A stretch of 64,000 nt of DNA from a virus (IMGVR_UViG_3300021961_000063:1-64000); one strand, 5' to 3'. Numbered from the stretch's first letter, positions 1 through 10,190 are shown. Numbers and translations are program-made. Notes: generated from the letters alone by a model not told the origin.

Positions 1-1
1 A

Positions 2-370
2 GTTAAATCTAAAACATTATTAGATTCTAATGGTAATAATTTTGGATTGACTCACAGTGATTTATCATATAATCACACTGCTTGGTGTTTACCATATTAT
101 GATAGGTTAACAAATAAATTAGGGTTTATTATTTGGAATTCTGAAGAAAATAATGGAACTATAAATGTTAAAGTAGTTTACAACGATGACCAAGTGATTA
201 ATTTTGGTGATGTACTATCACAACATTGGGTTATAAAAGACATTGATGATTTTAATAACGCAAAACAAATGGTAGTTATTTTAAATGATAAAATAAGAAA
301 CATTTTTAATTTTGAAAAAGATGGTGAGATGTTTAAAAAAGTAAGTTTTAGAGAAGAGTTTAATAAGTAA
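2..370 (+). CDS. Hypothetical protein, 5'-truncated (glycan cluster)
   Basis: Frame is open from position 2, upstream of the TTG at 47; stop overlaps the next ATG. Confidence 0.7.
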   Translation, partial: VKSKTLLDSNGNNFGLTHSDLSYNHTAWCLPYYDRLTNKLGFIIWNSEENNGTINVKVVYNDDQVINFGDVLSQHWVIKDIDDFNNAKQMVVILNDKIRNIFNFEKDGEMFKKVSFREEFNK

Positions 371-1362
371 TGAAAAAAATAGTATTAGTTTCTACATTTT
401 GTAATAATGAAGAAAAACAAAACGTATTAAAGGAAACCGTATTAAAGGTTAAAGAAATGGAAATGGATATTATGGTTATTAGCCCTAACTTTATTCCTAT
501 TAGACAAGACATTATTGATTTATGTGATTTTTTCTTTTATACAAAGGAAAATCCATTATTAGGTTGGCCTGTTAGACAATATACTCATTGGTATGAAATG
601 CCTATTTCTGATAAAAAAACATGTTGTATTCATAGAGGATTTTATGATTATGGTTGGGCTGCGTTATATCAAACAAAAAAACTTAGTCAATTTGCTTTAA
701 CTTTTGATTATGATATTTTTCACCATATTATTTATGATTTAGAATTTGATGATGAAGTCGTTAATGAATTCCTATCAGATGAGGTAAATTTGATTCATGC
801 TCGTAGAAATCCAAATAATCTAAATGAAATATGGGAAACTACATTACACTTTATGACTTTTGATAGGTCAATGATGGAATTAATTGAAAAAGAAATTACT
901 TTAGATAATTATCTTAGTGGTAATGGGGTTGCTGAAGGTGAAGTGTTAAAATGGAAAAATAAATTTAATTTAAAGACATCAAAAAAGATTATTAAAGATA
1001 GAATTTTTTATTGGGAAAATTACGATTTTTTTAATTATTCACCATTTAACGAGTTTAAAATGTTTATTAGTAAAAATGAACCAACTGATATTTGGTTAGG
1101 ATATACAGAAAACCCCTACAAAACTAACCTTACAGAAAATTTAAGAATTGTTTTTCATGATTTTGAAAACATTAATAATGTAAATATAAAAATTAATGGA
1201 GATGATTATTTAATATCTCCAAAACCATGGGAAATAATTGAATTCCCTATAAGTTCTCAAAACATCTATGAATTAGTATTTACATACAATAATAAAACAG
1301 TTGATTTTACTAGTGAATACAATAGTATAATGATGAATCAAATATATTACAATTATAGATAA
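370..1362 (+). CDS. Hypothetical protein, glycan-cluster associated (possibly GT-like)
   Basis: 330 aa ORF translationally coupled within the cluster; no diagnostic motif. Confidence 0.55.
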   Translation: MKKIVLVSTFCNNEEKQNVLKETVLKVKEMEMDIMVISPNFIPIRQDIIDLCDFFFYTKENPLLGWPVRQYTHWYEMPISDKKTCCIHRGFYDYGWAALYQTKKLSQFALTFDYDIFHHIIYDLEFDDEVVNEFLSDEVNLIHARRNPNNLNEIWETTLHFMTFDRSMMELIEKEITLDNYLSGNGVAEGEVLKWKNKFNLKTSKKIIKDRIFYWENYDFFNYSPFNEFKMFISKNEPTDIWLGYTENPYKTNLTENLRIVFHDFENINNVNIKINGDDYLISPKPWEIIEFPISSQNIYELVFTYNNKTVDFTSEYNSIMMNQIYYNYR

Positions 1363-1375
1363 TATTTTAATTAAA

Positions 1376-2185
1376 ATGAAAAAAGTTATAGTAACAGGAA
1401 CCCGAGGTTTTATTGGATTAAACCTTATGAAAGAGTTAAACAAACAAGGATATTTAACTCATGGATTTGATGATTCTTATTTTTTGTTAGAAAAATGGGA
1501 AAAGGATTTACTAAAAACACTTGATACCTTAAACTATGATGGTGTATTCCATGTAGGAGCTTGTTCTGATACATTAGAACAAAATGTAAATTATATGATG
1601 ACTCGAAATTATGAGTCAACTAAAATAATTACAGACTGGTGTAAACAAAACAATAAACCTATTATCTATTCTTCATCAGCCGCTAATTATGGAACTAATA
1701 ATCGTTATCCTTCAAATTTATATGGTTGGAGTAAATACGCTGCCGAAGATTATGTAAGGTTAAATGATGGAATCGGATTACGTTATTTCAACGTATATGG
1801 TCCTGGTGAAGAACATAAAGGTAAAATGGCCTCTGTTGCTTACCAGATGACTCAAAGATACAAAGCAGGTGAGGAAATTAAATTATTTCCACTTAAACCA
1901 AAACGTGATTTTGTTTATATTAGAGATGTAGTAAGTGCTAACATTTATGCTTTTGAAAATTATGATAAACTAAAAGGAAACTTTTATGAAGTTGGATTTG
2001 GAGAAGCAAGACCTTTTGAGGATATTATGGATATTCTAAATATTCCCTTTACTTACCATAGTGAAGATATAATCCCGAAAGGTTATCAATTTTTTACTTG
2101 CAGTGATGAAACCAAATGGATGTCAGGATGGAAACCAGAATGGAATTTAGAAAAAGGATTAAATGATTATAAAGAACAACTATGA
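1376..2185 (+). CDS. hldD: ADP-L-glycero-D-manno-heptose 6-epimerase
   Basis: VTGTRGFIG Rossmann motif, FHVGACSDT, YSSSAANYG, YGWSK (YxxxK), LRYFNVYGPGEEHKGKMASV, RDFVY. Confidence 0.88.
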   Translation: MKKVIVTGTRGFIGLNLMKELNKQGYLTHGFDDSYFLLEKWEKDLLKTLDTLNYDGVFHVGACSDTLEQNVNYMMTRNYESTKIITDWCKQNNKPIIYSSSAANYGTNNRYPSNLYGWSKYAAEDYVRLNDGIGLRYFNVYGPGEEHKGKMASVAYQMTQRYKAGEEIKLFPLKPKRDFVYIRDVVSANIYAFENYDKLKGNFYEVGFGEARPFEDIMDILNIPFTYHSEDIIPKGYQFFTCSDETKWMSGWKPEWNLEKGLNDYKEQL

Positions 2186-2925
2186 AAATAATTGAAGTTT
2201 TTGGATTAGCTCGTTCAGGCCATCATGCTGTAACCAATTGGTTAATTAAAAATTTATGTGGTGATGAATGTGCTATGGAGTGGAAATTAAGTATAATGAA
2301 AAATGGTCTTTTTTACATAAATGAAGGGAATTTAGATACTGAATTAACTCTTAAATACATTCAAAACCATAAAGATAACATACGTGTATTAATCCTTTCT
2401 TATGAAAATTGTAATACTAATTTTTCAATACTAAACAATAATAGAATATACGATAGCCCCTTATCCCTAAACAATCCAGACATTAAAAACTTTACTGAAA
2501 ATTATCGAGTTATTTTTCTTAGAGATTTTTATAATAATTTAGCTTCTCGAATTAAATCGAATGAAAAACAATTAACAAAAACTAGAGAAGGTGTAGTTTT
2601 TCCTTGGGATGTAGAAAAAGAATTTATTGAAAAATGGAAAGATAGTGCTCGAAATTTTGACTCAAATAATTTTATTTCCCTAAAATTTGAAGATTGGTTA
2701 AATAATAAAACTCAACGAAATAAATTTTTAGAAAAAATTATAAAAACAGGCGAAATATATGATAATCGTGTTAGAGGAACTCATTCTTCTTTTGGTGATA
2801 CTAAAGGAGTTATGGATCGTATTAATATGGTTGATATTCCTCAAACAACAAAAGAATTAATTAAAAAAGACACCGAATTACATTATTTAATAGGTGCTTT
2901 AGGATATGAATATAAAGAAACATGA
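2182..2925 (+). CDS. Putative sulfotransferase (P-loop sulfotransferase fold)
   Basis: N-terminal GLARSGHH resembling the 5'-PSB motif; FLRDFYNNLAS resembling the 3'-PB motif; LKFEDW. Confidence 0.5.
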   Translation: MKIIEVFGLARSGHHAVTNWLIKNLCGDECAMEWKLSIMKNGLFYINEGNLDTELTLKYIQNHKDNIRVLILSYENCNTNFSILNNNRIYDSPLSLNNPDIKNFTENYRVIFLRDFYNNLASRIKSNEKQLTKTREGVVFPWDVEKEFIEKWKDSARNFDSNNFISLKFEDWLNNKTQRNKFLEKIIKTGEIYDNRVRGTHSSFGDTKGVMDRINMVDIPQTTKELIKKDTELHYLIGALGYEYKET

Positions 2926-5225
2926 ACAAACCTAAATTATATGTTCACGGTTCCTATGTAGGAACAACAGGTTACAACAACCACACCCGAGACTTTTTTA
3001 GAGAAATATCTAAATTTTTACAATTAAAAATTAGAAACTTTACTATTGGAAAATCTTGGGATGGTATGTCTGAAACCCCTCATGATGGAGAAAAATACTT
3101 AACAGATCACGATAAATCTTTGTTGTATGAACAAACTTTATGGACAACTCCTCCATTTAGGGAAGACCATAAAATTTACCCTTCAGAAGATAAGGAATTT
3201 AAACATGACTTAAATTTAGTTTTAAGTGAAACTAACCACCATTATTTTTATGATAAATACAAAGGTCCAAAAATTGCTTATAACGTATGGGAATCAACAG
3301 AACAACCTTATGATTATTTTGATAAATTAAAAGAGTTTGATGAGTTGTGGGTTCCCTCTAAATGGCAAAAAGAATGTTCTATTAAACAAGGTTATCCTGC
3401 CAATAAAATTAAAGTTGTTCCCGAAGGTGTAGATGTAGATACATTCTACCCAGAACAAGTAGATTTATTAGATGAATATAAAGATGGCAGATTTAAGTTT
3501 TTGTTATTTGGTAGATGGGATTATAGAAAATCAACCAAAGAGATTATTCAAACTTTCTTAAAGACCTTCTCACCTGAGGAACCTGTAGATTTGGTTGTGT
3601 CAATTGATAATATGTGGGGTGAGGAAATGGATGGTTATAAAACAACTGAAGAACGATTAGCTGGTTATAATTTAATAGATCCTAGAATAAAAATTGTTCA
3701 TTTCCCCTCTAGAGAAGACTACATCAAATTTATGAAAACAGGACACGTATTTTTGTCTTGTGCTCGTTCTGAAGGTTGGAATTTACCATTGATTGAGGCT
3801 ATGGCTTGTGGGACTCCTTCTATTTATTCTAATTGTTGTGCTCAATTAGAATTTGCTGAAGGTAAAGGTTTCCCTGTAAATATTATAGGTGAAAAAGCAG
3901 CTAATGCTAATGATTATGGTAGATACACAATGAGTGATTTACCTGGTAACTATTACGAACCAGATTTTAACCATTTGTCTCAAGTAATGAGGCATGTTTA
4001 TGAAAATTATGAACAATGTAAACAACAATCACTAAAAGATTCAGAGATTATTAAACGTGATTTTAATTGGGAAAGAATTGGTGAAATTGGTTATCAAACT
4101 ATAATGGATTTTCATAACAATATGGATTACGAACATTATAAAAATTTAATCCCAGCAGATAAAATAAATGTTAGTTATTTAGAAGGTCCTAAAGTAGAAA
4201 TTAATGGAGACAACGATAATTCATACGAAATTGAATTTTTAGATGAAAACAATACTGTAGTTTATAACGATACAATCACAAGTAATATGTGGACTTCGTG
4301 TTCTAGAAAGTATTATACCAAATGGAAAATTAAAGTCAATGGGAGAATTGTAGATGAATTTGATTTAACTAATAAACGTGTATTAATTAGTTTTGAGTCA
4401 AGATCAATTGGAGATACCATAGCTTGGGCTCCCTATGCTGTTGAATTTGCTAAAAAACACAACTGTAAAGTTATTTTAAGTACATTCCATAACAACTGGT
4501 TTAAAGGATTAGACGCTTATAAAGATATTGAATTTGTAGAACCCGGAAGTACTACTCAATGTTATACTGTATACCGAATTGGTTGGATTCGAGGAGATTC
4601 AGAAAAATGGGATCGATTTGATTTATACCCAAATCCACCCCAATCTCAACCATTACAAAAAACAGCATCTGATATTTTAGGTTTAGAATTTAAAGAATTA
4701 AATCATGGTATTAAATTTACCCCTAAACCTAAATCTACTAAAACAGACTATATAGTTATAGCTCCTGAATCAACAGCTGGTTGTAAAGAATGGCCTCATG
4801 ATAGTTGGGTAATTTTGTCTAAAATGTTACGCGAATTAGGTTATACAGTAGTTACTCTTACAAGTAAACCTTATAATATTAAAGGTAACTTAAATATTCA
4901 TGGTAAAACCTTAAATGAATCTATGAGTATTTTATATAATGCTAAATTTTTAGTAGGACTAAGTTCAGGATTATCTTGGATTAACTGGGCTTTAGGAAAA
5001 CAAACAGTAATGATTAGTGGTTTTACTCAAAAAGATCATGAATTTCAAACTAATAATATAAGAATTCAAAATGAACATGCTTGTAACTCATGCTGGCAAA
5101 ACATTAATTTTGTTTTTGATCCTGGAAATTGGGATTGGTGTCCTATTTGGGAAGGAACTGAGAAACAACACATTTGTGAAAAATCTATTTCTCCACTAAC
5201 CGTATTTAATAATTTACCAATATGA
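2922..5225 (+). CDS. GT4 glycosyltransferase fused to a TibC/AAH-like (autotransporter) heptosyltransferase domain
   Basis: N-half SEGWNLPLIEAMACGTP (GT4); C-half SIGDTIAWAPY, GLSSGLSWINWALG, ISGF...EF, CNSCW...CP...C Cys cluster. Confidence 0.82.
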   Translation: MNKPKLYVHGSYVGTTGYNNHTRDFFREISKFLQLKIRNFTIGKSWDGMSETPHDGEKYLTDHDKSLLYEQTLWTTPPFREDHKIYPSEDKEFKHDLNLVLSETNHHYFYDKYKGPKIAYNVWESTEQPYDYFDKLKEFDELWVPSKWQKECSIKQGYPANKIKVVPEGVDVDTFYPEQVDLLDEYKDGRFKFLLFGRWDYRKSTKEIIQTFLKTFSPEEPVDLVVSIDNMWGEEMDGYKTTEERLAGYNLIDPRIKIVHFPSREDYIKFMKTGHVFLSCARSEGWNLPLIEAMACGTPSIYSNCCAQLEFAEGKGFPVNIIGEKAANANDYGRYTMSDLPGNYYEPDFNHLSQVMRHVYENYEQCKQQSLKDSEIIKRDFNWERIGEIGYQTIMDFHNNMDYEHYKNLIPADKINVSYLEGPKVEINGDNDNSYEIEFLDENNTVVYNDTITSNMWTSCSRKYYTKWKIKVNGRIVDEFDLTNKRVLISFESRSIGDTIAWAPYAVEFAKKHNCKVILSTFHNNWFKGLDAYKDIEFVEPGSTTQCYTVYRIGWIRGDSEKWDRFDLYPNPPQSQPLQKTASDILGLEFKELNHGIKFTPKPKSTKTDYIVIAPESTAGCKEWPHDSWVILSKMLRELGYTVVTLTSKPYNIKGNLNIHGKTLNESMSILYNAKFLVGLSSGLSWINWALGKQTVMISGFTQKDHEFQTNNIRIQNEHACNSCWQNINFVFDPGNWDWCPIWEGTEKQHICEKSISPLTVFNNLPI

Positions 5226-5959
5226 TTGATTTAAGCAATTTTGATTGGGGTTGGATGAATCACCCCTTAATTAATGAAAACAACCAAGAAGTTTTTCATA
5301 TACAAAAAGATGGAACTTGGAAACCAATGGGTCATTATCATAGGGATGCTATTATTCACGAAATTTTTGTAAATAATTGTTATGAACAGTTTGTTGAGGT
5401 TAAAGAAGGAGATATAGTATTAGATATTGGTGCTAGTTTAGGACCCTTTACCTATTCTATTTTACATAAAAAACCAAAACACATATTTTGTTTTGAGCCT
5501 AGTGAAAAAGAATTTACAGTTTTAGTTAAAAATTTATTAGGTTACCCTGTTACTACTATTAATAAAGGTATATCAAGTATTAATTCTATAGTTAAATCTG
5601 ATATGTTATTTGGTGGTGAAAGTGAAATGGAAACTATAACCTTTGATAAATTTATTAAATTATATGGTTTAAGTAAAATTGATTTTATGAAAACCGATTG
5701 TGAAGGAGGTGAATATGATATTTTTAATAATGAAAATAAAGAATATATTTTAAATAATGTGAAAAAAATATCCGGAGAATGGCATTTAAGTACACCCGAA
5801 TTAAAAGATAAATTTAGAAATTTCAGAGACAATTATTTATCTCAATTCAAATCTTTTACAGTACATTCTATTGACGGTATTAATATTGAATGGGATTTAT
5901 GGAATGAACATTTTATAGAGTATTACAACGAGGTTATAATTAATATCGATAATCGTTAA
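5222..5959 (+). CDS. FkbM family methyltransferase
   Basis: VLDIGASLG, CFEP, IDFMKTDCEGGEYDI, EWH. Confidence 0.88.
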   Translation: MIDLSNFDWGWMNHPLINENNQEVFHIQKDGTWKPMGHYHRDAIIHEIFVNNCYEQFVEVKEGDIVLDIGASLGPFTYSILHKKPKHIFCFEPSEKEFTVLVKNLLGYPVTTINKGISSINSIVKSDMLFGGESEMETITFDKFIKLYGLSKIDFMKTDCEGGEYDIFNNENKEYILNNVKKISGEWHLSTPELKDKFRNFRDNYLSQFKSFTVHSIDGINIEWDLWNEHFIEYYNEVIINIDNR

Positions 5960-5988
5960 TTTTTAAAAAACACTAATATTTATATTAT

Positions 5989-6240
5989 ATGGAAAATAAA
6001 GTTTTAACCCAAGAAGAGTTACAAAAATTAAACAATTTAAGAGATAGAAGAAATCAATTAGTTTCTGATTTCGGAGTTATTGAAATACAAATCCAAGAAC
6101 TAGAACTCCAAAAGGATACTCTTATTAAGTCTTTAGAAGACTTAAAACAACAAGAATATACTTTAGGTAACGAAATACAAAATAAGTATGGTCGAGTTCA
6201 AATTAATTTAGATAACGGAGAAACTACTCTTCTGGATTAA
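5989..6240 (+). CDS. Small coiled-coil protein (late gene, possibly an assembly chaperone)
   Basis: Heptad-rich 83 aa ending KYG..INLDNG; preceded by AATATTTATA. Confidence 0.6.
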   Translation: MENKVLTQEELQKLNNLRDRRNQLVSDFGVIEIQIQELELQKDTLIKSLEDLKQQEYTLGNEIQNKYGRVQINLDNGETTLLD

Positions 6241-6297
6241 TTTTTAAGAACTTCTGTCATATTTATCACGGAATAAAATTAATTAATTTATTAGAAA

Positions 6298-8577
6298 ATG
6301 GCAGAAACATTAATATCCCCTGGTGTATTAGCATTAGAAAACGATAACTCTTTCGTATCCTCGCAACCAGTAACTGTAGGAGCTGCTCTTGTTGGCCCAA
6401 CCGTAAAAGGTCCAGTTGAAGTCCCTACTATTGTTACCTCATGGAGTGATTACCAAAACAGATTTGGTACTACTTTCTTAAGTGGAAGTAACGTTTATAC
6501 TTATTTTACTTCTATTGCTGCATACAATTATTTTGCAAATGGAGGTCAAACCTTATTAGTATCTAGAGTAACAAGTGGTTCTTTCACTTCTGCTACTTCA
6601 ACTGCTATCTATAATGGTTTAGAAAGTGGCGACGTAAACGCTGGAACAAATTTATTAGGTTCATACACTAGTGGTGGAACTGGAGGTTCAGCAGGTACTT
6701 ATTCTGCTGTAGCTACTACTACTTCTGGTACTGGTACTGGAATCACTTTAAATGTTACTACCTCTACAGATAATGGTAAAATATTAACTACAGCAGACGC
6801 TTTACTTTCTTCAATAACTTCTAATCCAACAGATTGTGATGATGCTACTTACACAGGTGTAGCTCTTACAGGTGGAAGTGGTACAGGTGCTGTAGCAACA
6901 GTAGTTTGTTCTGGTAACACAATTACTAGTATCACTGTAACCACAGCAGGTTCAGGATATGAAGCTGGAGATGTGTTAACTATTGCCGCTTTAGCTTTAG
7001 GAACAGCCTCATCCGCCGCTACTATTACATTAGTTTCAGGTGATTTATTAGTTGAAACAACAGCAGTTGCCGTAGTTACTGCCGGTACTGGATACGCCGT
7101 AGGAGATACAGTAACTGTAGCTTTAGGTTTAATTGGTAGCCCATCAGCTAACTTAGTATTAACTTTAGTAGCTGGCGATATTGAAAATAGTGATGCTTTA
7201 GTATTAAAAACCCTTTCTCAAGGTGTTATTATGAATAGCTCAGGCTCTGAAGATGCTTATGGCGCTTTAGAAAGTGGCTCTGTTAATAACGTTAGATTCC
7301 AAATTACTAATAACGATACCGCCTCTGGTACATTTACTTTGTTAGTTAGACAAGGTGATGATACAACAACTAATAGAACTATATTAGAATCTTGGACAAA
7401 TTTGTCAATGGATCCTACCGCTCCTAACTATGTATCTAGAGTTATTGGTGATCAGTATAAAGTTTATAATTCAACCGATAACCAAATCGTAGTAAATGGT
7501 ACTTATCCTAACAATTCAAGATATATCTATGTTAGTGCTGTAAACTCTCCAACACCAAACTATTTTGATAATGCTGGTTTGCCCAAATCTCAATATACTG
7601 CTTCTATTCCTTTGAATGGTTCAGGTTCATTTACAGGTGCTGTAGGTGATTTATTTGGAGCTGGTGCTAAATTTTATGATAACATAGTTTCCGGAGTAAA
7701 TAACATTCAAGGTTTAGATGCTAGTGATTATGATAACATGATTGCTTTAATGTCTAATGCTGATGACTACAGATACAATGTGTTATTGACTCCTGGTTTA
7801 TTTGCCTCTGAAAGTGATTTAGGAGGTGCTCAAGTAACTACAGCTATTAATAATACTCAATACAGAGGTGATGCTATTTATGTTGCTGATTTAGTACCTT
7901 ATGGTTCATCTATTAGTACTGTAACAAGCCAAGCAAATGCTAAAAATACTTCATACGCTGCTTCTTACTGGCCTTGGGTTCAAACAATTGATCCAAGTTC
8001 AACTCAATTAGTTTGGGTTCCTGCCTCGGCAATGATTGGTGGTGTTTATGCTTATAACGATAGCGTAAGTGAGCCTTGGTTCGCACCTGCTGGTATTAAC
8101 AGAGGTGGTTTATCTACTGTAGTAAGAGCTGAAAAGAAATTATCACAAGCTAATCGTGATACTTTATATTCAAATAAAGTTAACCCAATTGCTACTTTCC
8201 CTGGAACAGGAGTTGTAGTATACGGTCAGAAAACATTACAAACTAGAGCTTCTGCTTTAGATAGAGTAAATGTTCGCAGATTGTTAATTGCTTTGAAATC
8301 TTATATTTCCCAAGTAGCAAATAACTTAGTATTTGAACAAAACACAATTGCAACTCGTACTAACTTCTTAAACCAAGTTAACCCATACTTAGAATCAGTA
8401 CAACAACGTCAAGGTTTGTACGCTTTCAAGGTAATCATGGATGATAGTAACAACACTCCAGATGTAATCGACAGAAATCAAATGGTAGGTCAAATTTATT
8501 TACAACCTACTAAGACTGCTGAATTTATCTATTTGGACTTCAACATCTTACCTACAGGAGCTACTTTCCCTGCATAA
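6298..8577 (+). CDS. Contractile tail sheath protein with an inserted T/S/G-rich domain pair
   Basis: N-terminal SPGV..E, C-terminal WFAPAGINRG, NPIATFPG.GVVVYGQKT, RVNVRRLL, FEQN, P.KTAEFI. Confidence 0.95.
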   Translation: MAETLISPGVLALENDNSFVSSQPVTVGAALVGPTVKGPVEVPTIVTSWSDYQNRFGTTFLSGSNVYTYFTSIAAYNYFANGGQTLLVSRVTSGSFTSATSTAIYNGLESGDVNAGTNLLGSYTSGGTGGSAGTYSAVATTTSGTGTGITLNVTTSTDNGKILTTADALLSSITSNPTDCDDATYTGVALTGGSGTGAVATVVCSGNTITSITVTTAGSGYEAGDVLTIAALALGTASSAATITLVSGDLLVETTAVAVVTAGTGYAVGDTVTVALGLIGSPSANLVLTLVAGDIENSDALVLKTLSQGVIMNSSGSEDAYGALESGSVNNVRFQITNNDTASGTFTLLVRQGDDTTTNRTILESWTNLSMDPTAPNYVSRVIGDQYKVYNSTDNQIVVNGTYPNNSRYIYVSAVNSPTPNYFDNAGLPKSQYTASIPLNGSGSFTGAVGDLFGAGAKFYDNIVSGVNNIQGLDASDYDNMIALMSNADDYRYNVLLTPGLFASESDLGGAQVTTAINNTQYRGDAIYVADLVPYGSSISTVTSQANAKNTSYAASYWPWVQTIDPSSTQLVWVPASAMIGGVYAYNDSVSEPWFAPAGINRGGLSTVVRAEKKLSQANRDTLYSNKVNPIATFPGTGVVVYGQKTLQTRASALDRVNVRRLLIALKSYISQVANNLVFEQNTIATRTNFLNQVNPYLESVQQRQGLYAFKVIMDDSNNTPDVIDRNQMVGQIYLQPTKTAEFIYLDFNILPTGATFPA

Positions 8578-8591
8578 TTTTTTAAAGACAG

Positions 8592-8609
8592 AATATTTAT
8601 AACAAAATA
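8592..8609 (+). promoter_or_regulatory. Putative late promoter AATATTTATAACAAAATA (representative copy)
   Basis: Exact 18-mer at 8592, 9161, 12602 and 62117; core ATATTTAT precedes many other genes. Confidence 0.7.
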
Positions 8610-8614
8610 ATAAA

Positions 8615-9103
8615 ATGGCAGTATTAAATCCAAACGAAATATTTTTCACCGCTTTTGAACCCAAGCAGGCTAACCGATTCATCATGATTATTGATGGTAT
8701 TCCTGCTTATGAAATCAAAGGTGTAGGTGCTGTATCCTTAACTCAAGGTACTGTTCAATTAAACCATATTAACGTTCAACGCTATGTTAAGGGCATAACT
8801 AAATGGAACACTATTCAGTTTACGTTGTTTGATCCTATCACTCCTTCAGGAGCACAAGCTGTAATGGAATGGGTACGTTTACACCACGAATCAGTAACTG
8901 GTCGTGATGGTTATAGTGATTTCTATAAGAAAGACTTAACTTTTAACGTATTAGGTCCTGTAGGTGATATTGTTTCTGAGTGGGTACTTAAAGGTGCTTT
9001 TATTACCGAAGCTAACTTTGGGGATTATAACTGGGATACAGCTGATACAGCAGTTAACCTTACAATGACAGTTCAACCAGATTACTGCGTATTGAACTTC
9101 TAA
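8615..9103 (+). CDS. Tail tube protein (T4 gp19-like)
   Basis: Follows the sheath; FEPKQANRF, YKKDLT...GPVGD.VSEWVLKGAF. Confidence 0.9.
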   Translation: MAVLNPNEIFFTAFEPKQANRFIMIIDGIPAYEIKGVGAVSLTQGTVQLNHINVQRYVKGITKWNTIQFTLFDPITPSGAQAVMEWVRLHHESVTGRDGYSDFYKKDLTFNVLGPVGDIVSEWVLKGAFITEANFGDYNWDTADTAVNLTMTVQPDYCVLNF

Positions 9104-9125
9104 TTTTTAAAAGAAACTATAGAAG

Positions 9126-9152
9126 AGCTCGCGAGAAATCGCGAGCTTTTTT
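9126..9152 (+). terminator. Rho-independent terminator after the tail tube gene
   Basis: AGCTCGCGA-GAAA-TCGCGAGCT perfect 9-bp stem followed by a T run. Confidence 0.85.
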
Positions 9153-9183
9153 CTTTTTTCAATATTTATAACAAAATAAGTTT

Positions 9184-9903
9184 ATGAATGAATTCAAGTT
9201 TCCTACAGAAGTTGTAGATTTACCTTCAAAGGGATTAGTTTATCCCGAAGGCCATCCATTAAGAAGCGGTACTGTCGAAATGAAGTATATGACCGCTAAA
9301 GAAGAAGACATTTTAACCAACCAAAATTACATTTCAAAAGGTATCGTTTTAGATAAATTGTTAGAAGCACTAACAATGGGTAAAATAGATATTAAAGATT
9401 TAATTACTGGTGATAAAAATGCTATTTTAATTGCCTCTAGAATATTAGGATATGGTAAAGATTATTCTTTTACACATAATGGTAAAGAATATAATGTAGA
9501 TTTAACTACTATCGAAAATAAACCTTTTGATACTTCTTTAATTACTATTCACGGTACCTTTAAATATATTCTTCCTAAATCAGGAAACGAAGTTGAATTT
9601 AAACTTTTATCAGATAATGAAGAAGCAAAAATTGAACAAGAAATCCAAGGATATAAAAAAATTAACAAAGATTCTTCAACTGATATAACAACACGTTTAA
9701 AACACCAAATAGTTTCTGTTGAAGGAAATAAAGATAAAAATGCTATTAGAGATTTTGTAGACAATCATTTATTAGCTGTAGATTCTAGATCATTAAGACT
9801 TTATATTAAAACTGTTGCTCCGGACATTGATTTAACTTATAAAGGTAGCGAGGAGGCTATCGATATTCCTATTAATCTTAGCTTTTTTTGGCCTGACCTT
9901 TAA
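9184..9903 (+). CDS. Tail/baseplate hub assembly chaperone (T4 gp26-like)
   Basis: LPSKG..Y, MTAKEEDIL, C-terminal FFWP; lies between tube and tape measure. Confidence 0.8.
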   Translation: MNEFKFPTEVVDLPSKGLVYPEGHPLRSGTVEMKYMTAKEEDILTNQNYISKGIVLDKLLEALTMGKIDIKDLITGDKNAILIASRILGYGKDYSFTHNGKEYNVDLTTIENKPFDTSLITIHGTFKYILPKSGNEVEFKLLSDNEEAKIEQEIQGYKKINKDSSTDITTRLKHQIVSVEGNKDKNAIRDFVDNHLLAVDSRSLRLYIKTVAPDIDLTYKGSEEAIDIPINLSFFWPDL

Positions 9904-10168
9904 TAATATACTAGTCTCTAGAGCTAATATATTCAACCAAATTCACGAAATAGTATTTCATGGTCAAGGTGGTTATGATTATGATACTGTATATAACATG
10001 CCTATTTGGTTAAGAAAATATACCTTTGATAAGCTAAAAGACTGGTATAATCCAAAAGATAAAAATTCTAATGAAGATAGCTGGACGGGTGGTGTCGCTA
10101 AAGAAGAAGCTTCTAAGAATAAACAAATTAAAGTACCTACATATGTTACAAAGGCATCTAAAAAATGA
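9884..10168 (+). CDS. Probable frameshift extension of the tail assembly chaperone (+1/-2 frame; not in ORF track)
   Basis: Stop-free frame 9836-10168 reading FFGLTFNNILVSRANIFNQIHEIVFHGQGGYDYDTVYNMPIWLRKYTF...; T7 run at 9883-9889; first ATG only at 9998. Confidence 0.7.
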   Translation, partial: FFGLTFNNILVSRANIFNQIHEIVFHGQGGYDYDTVYNMPIWLRKYTFDKLKDWYNPKDKNSNEDSWTGGVAKEEASKNKQIKVPTYVTKASKK

Positions 10169-10176
10169 TGCCTTTT
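10150..10176 (+). terminator. Hairpin/terminator before the tape measure gene
   Basis: AAAGGCATC-N8-GATGCCTTTT. Confidence 0.5.
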
Positions 10177-10190
10177 AATATTTATTACAA

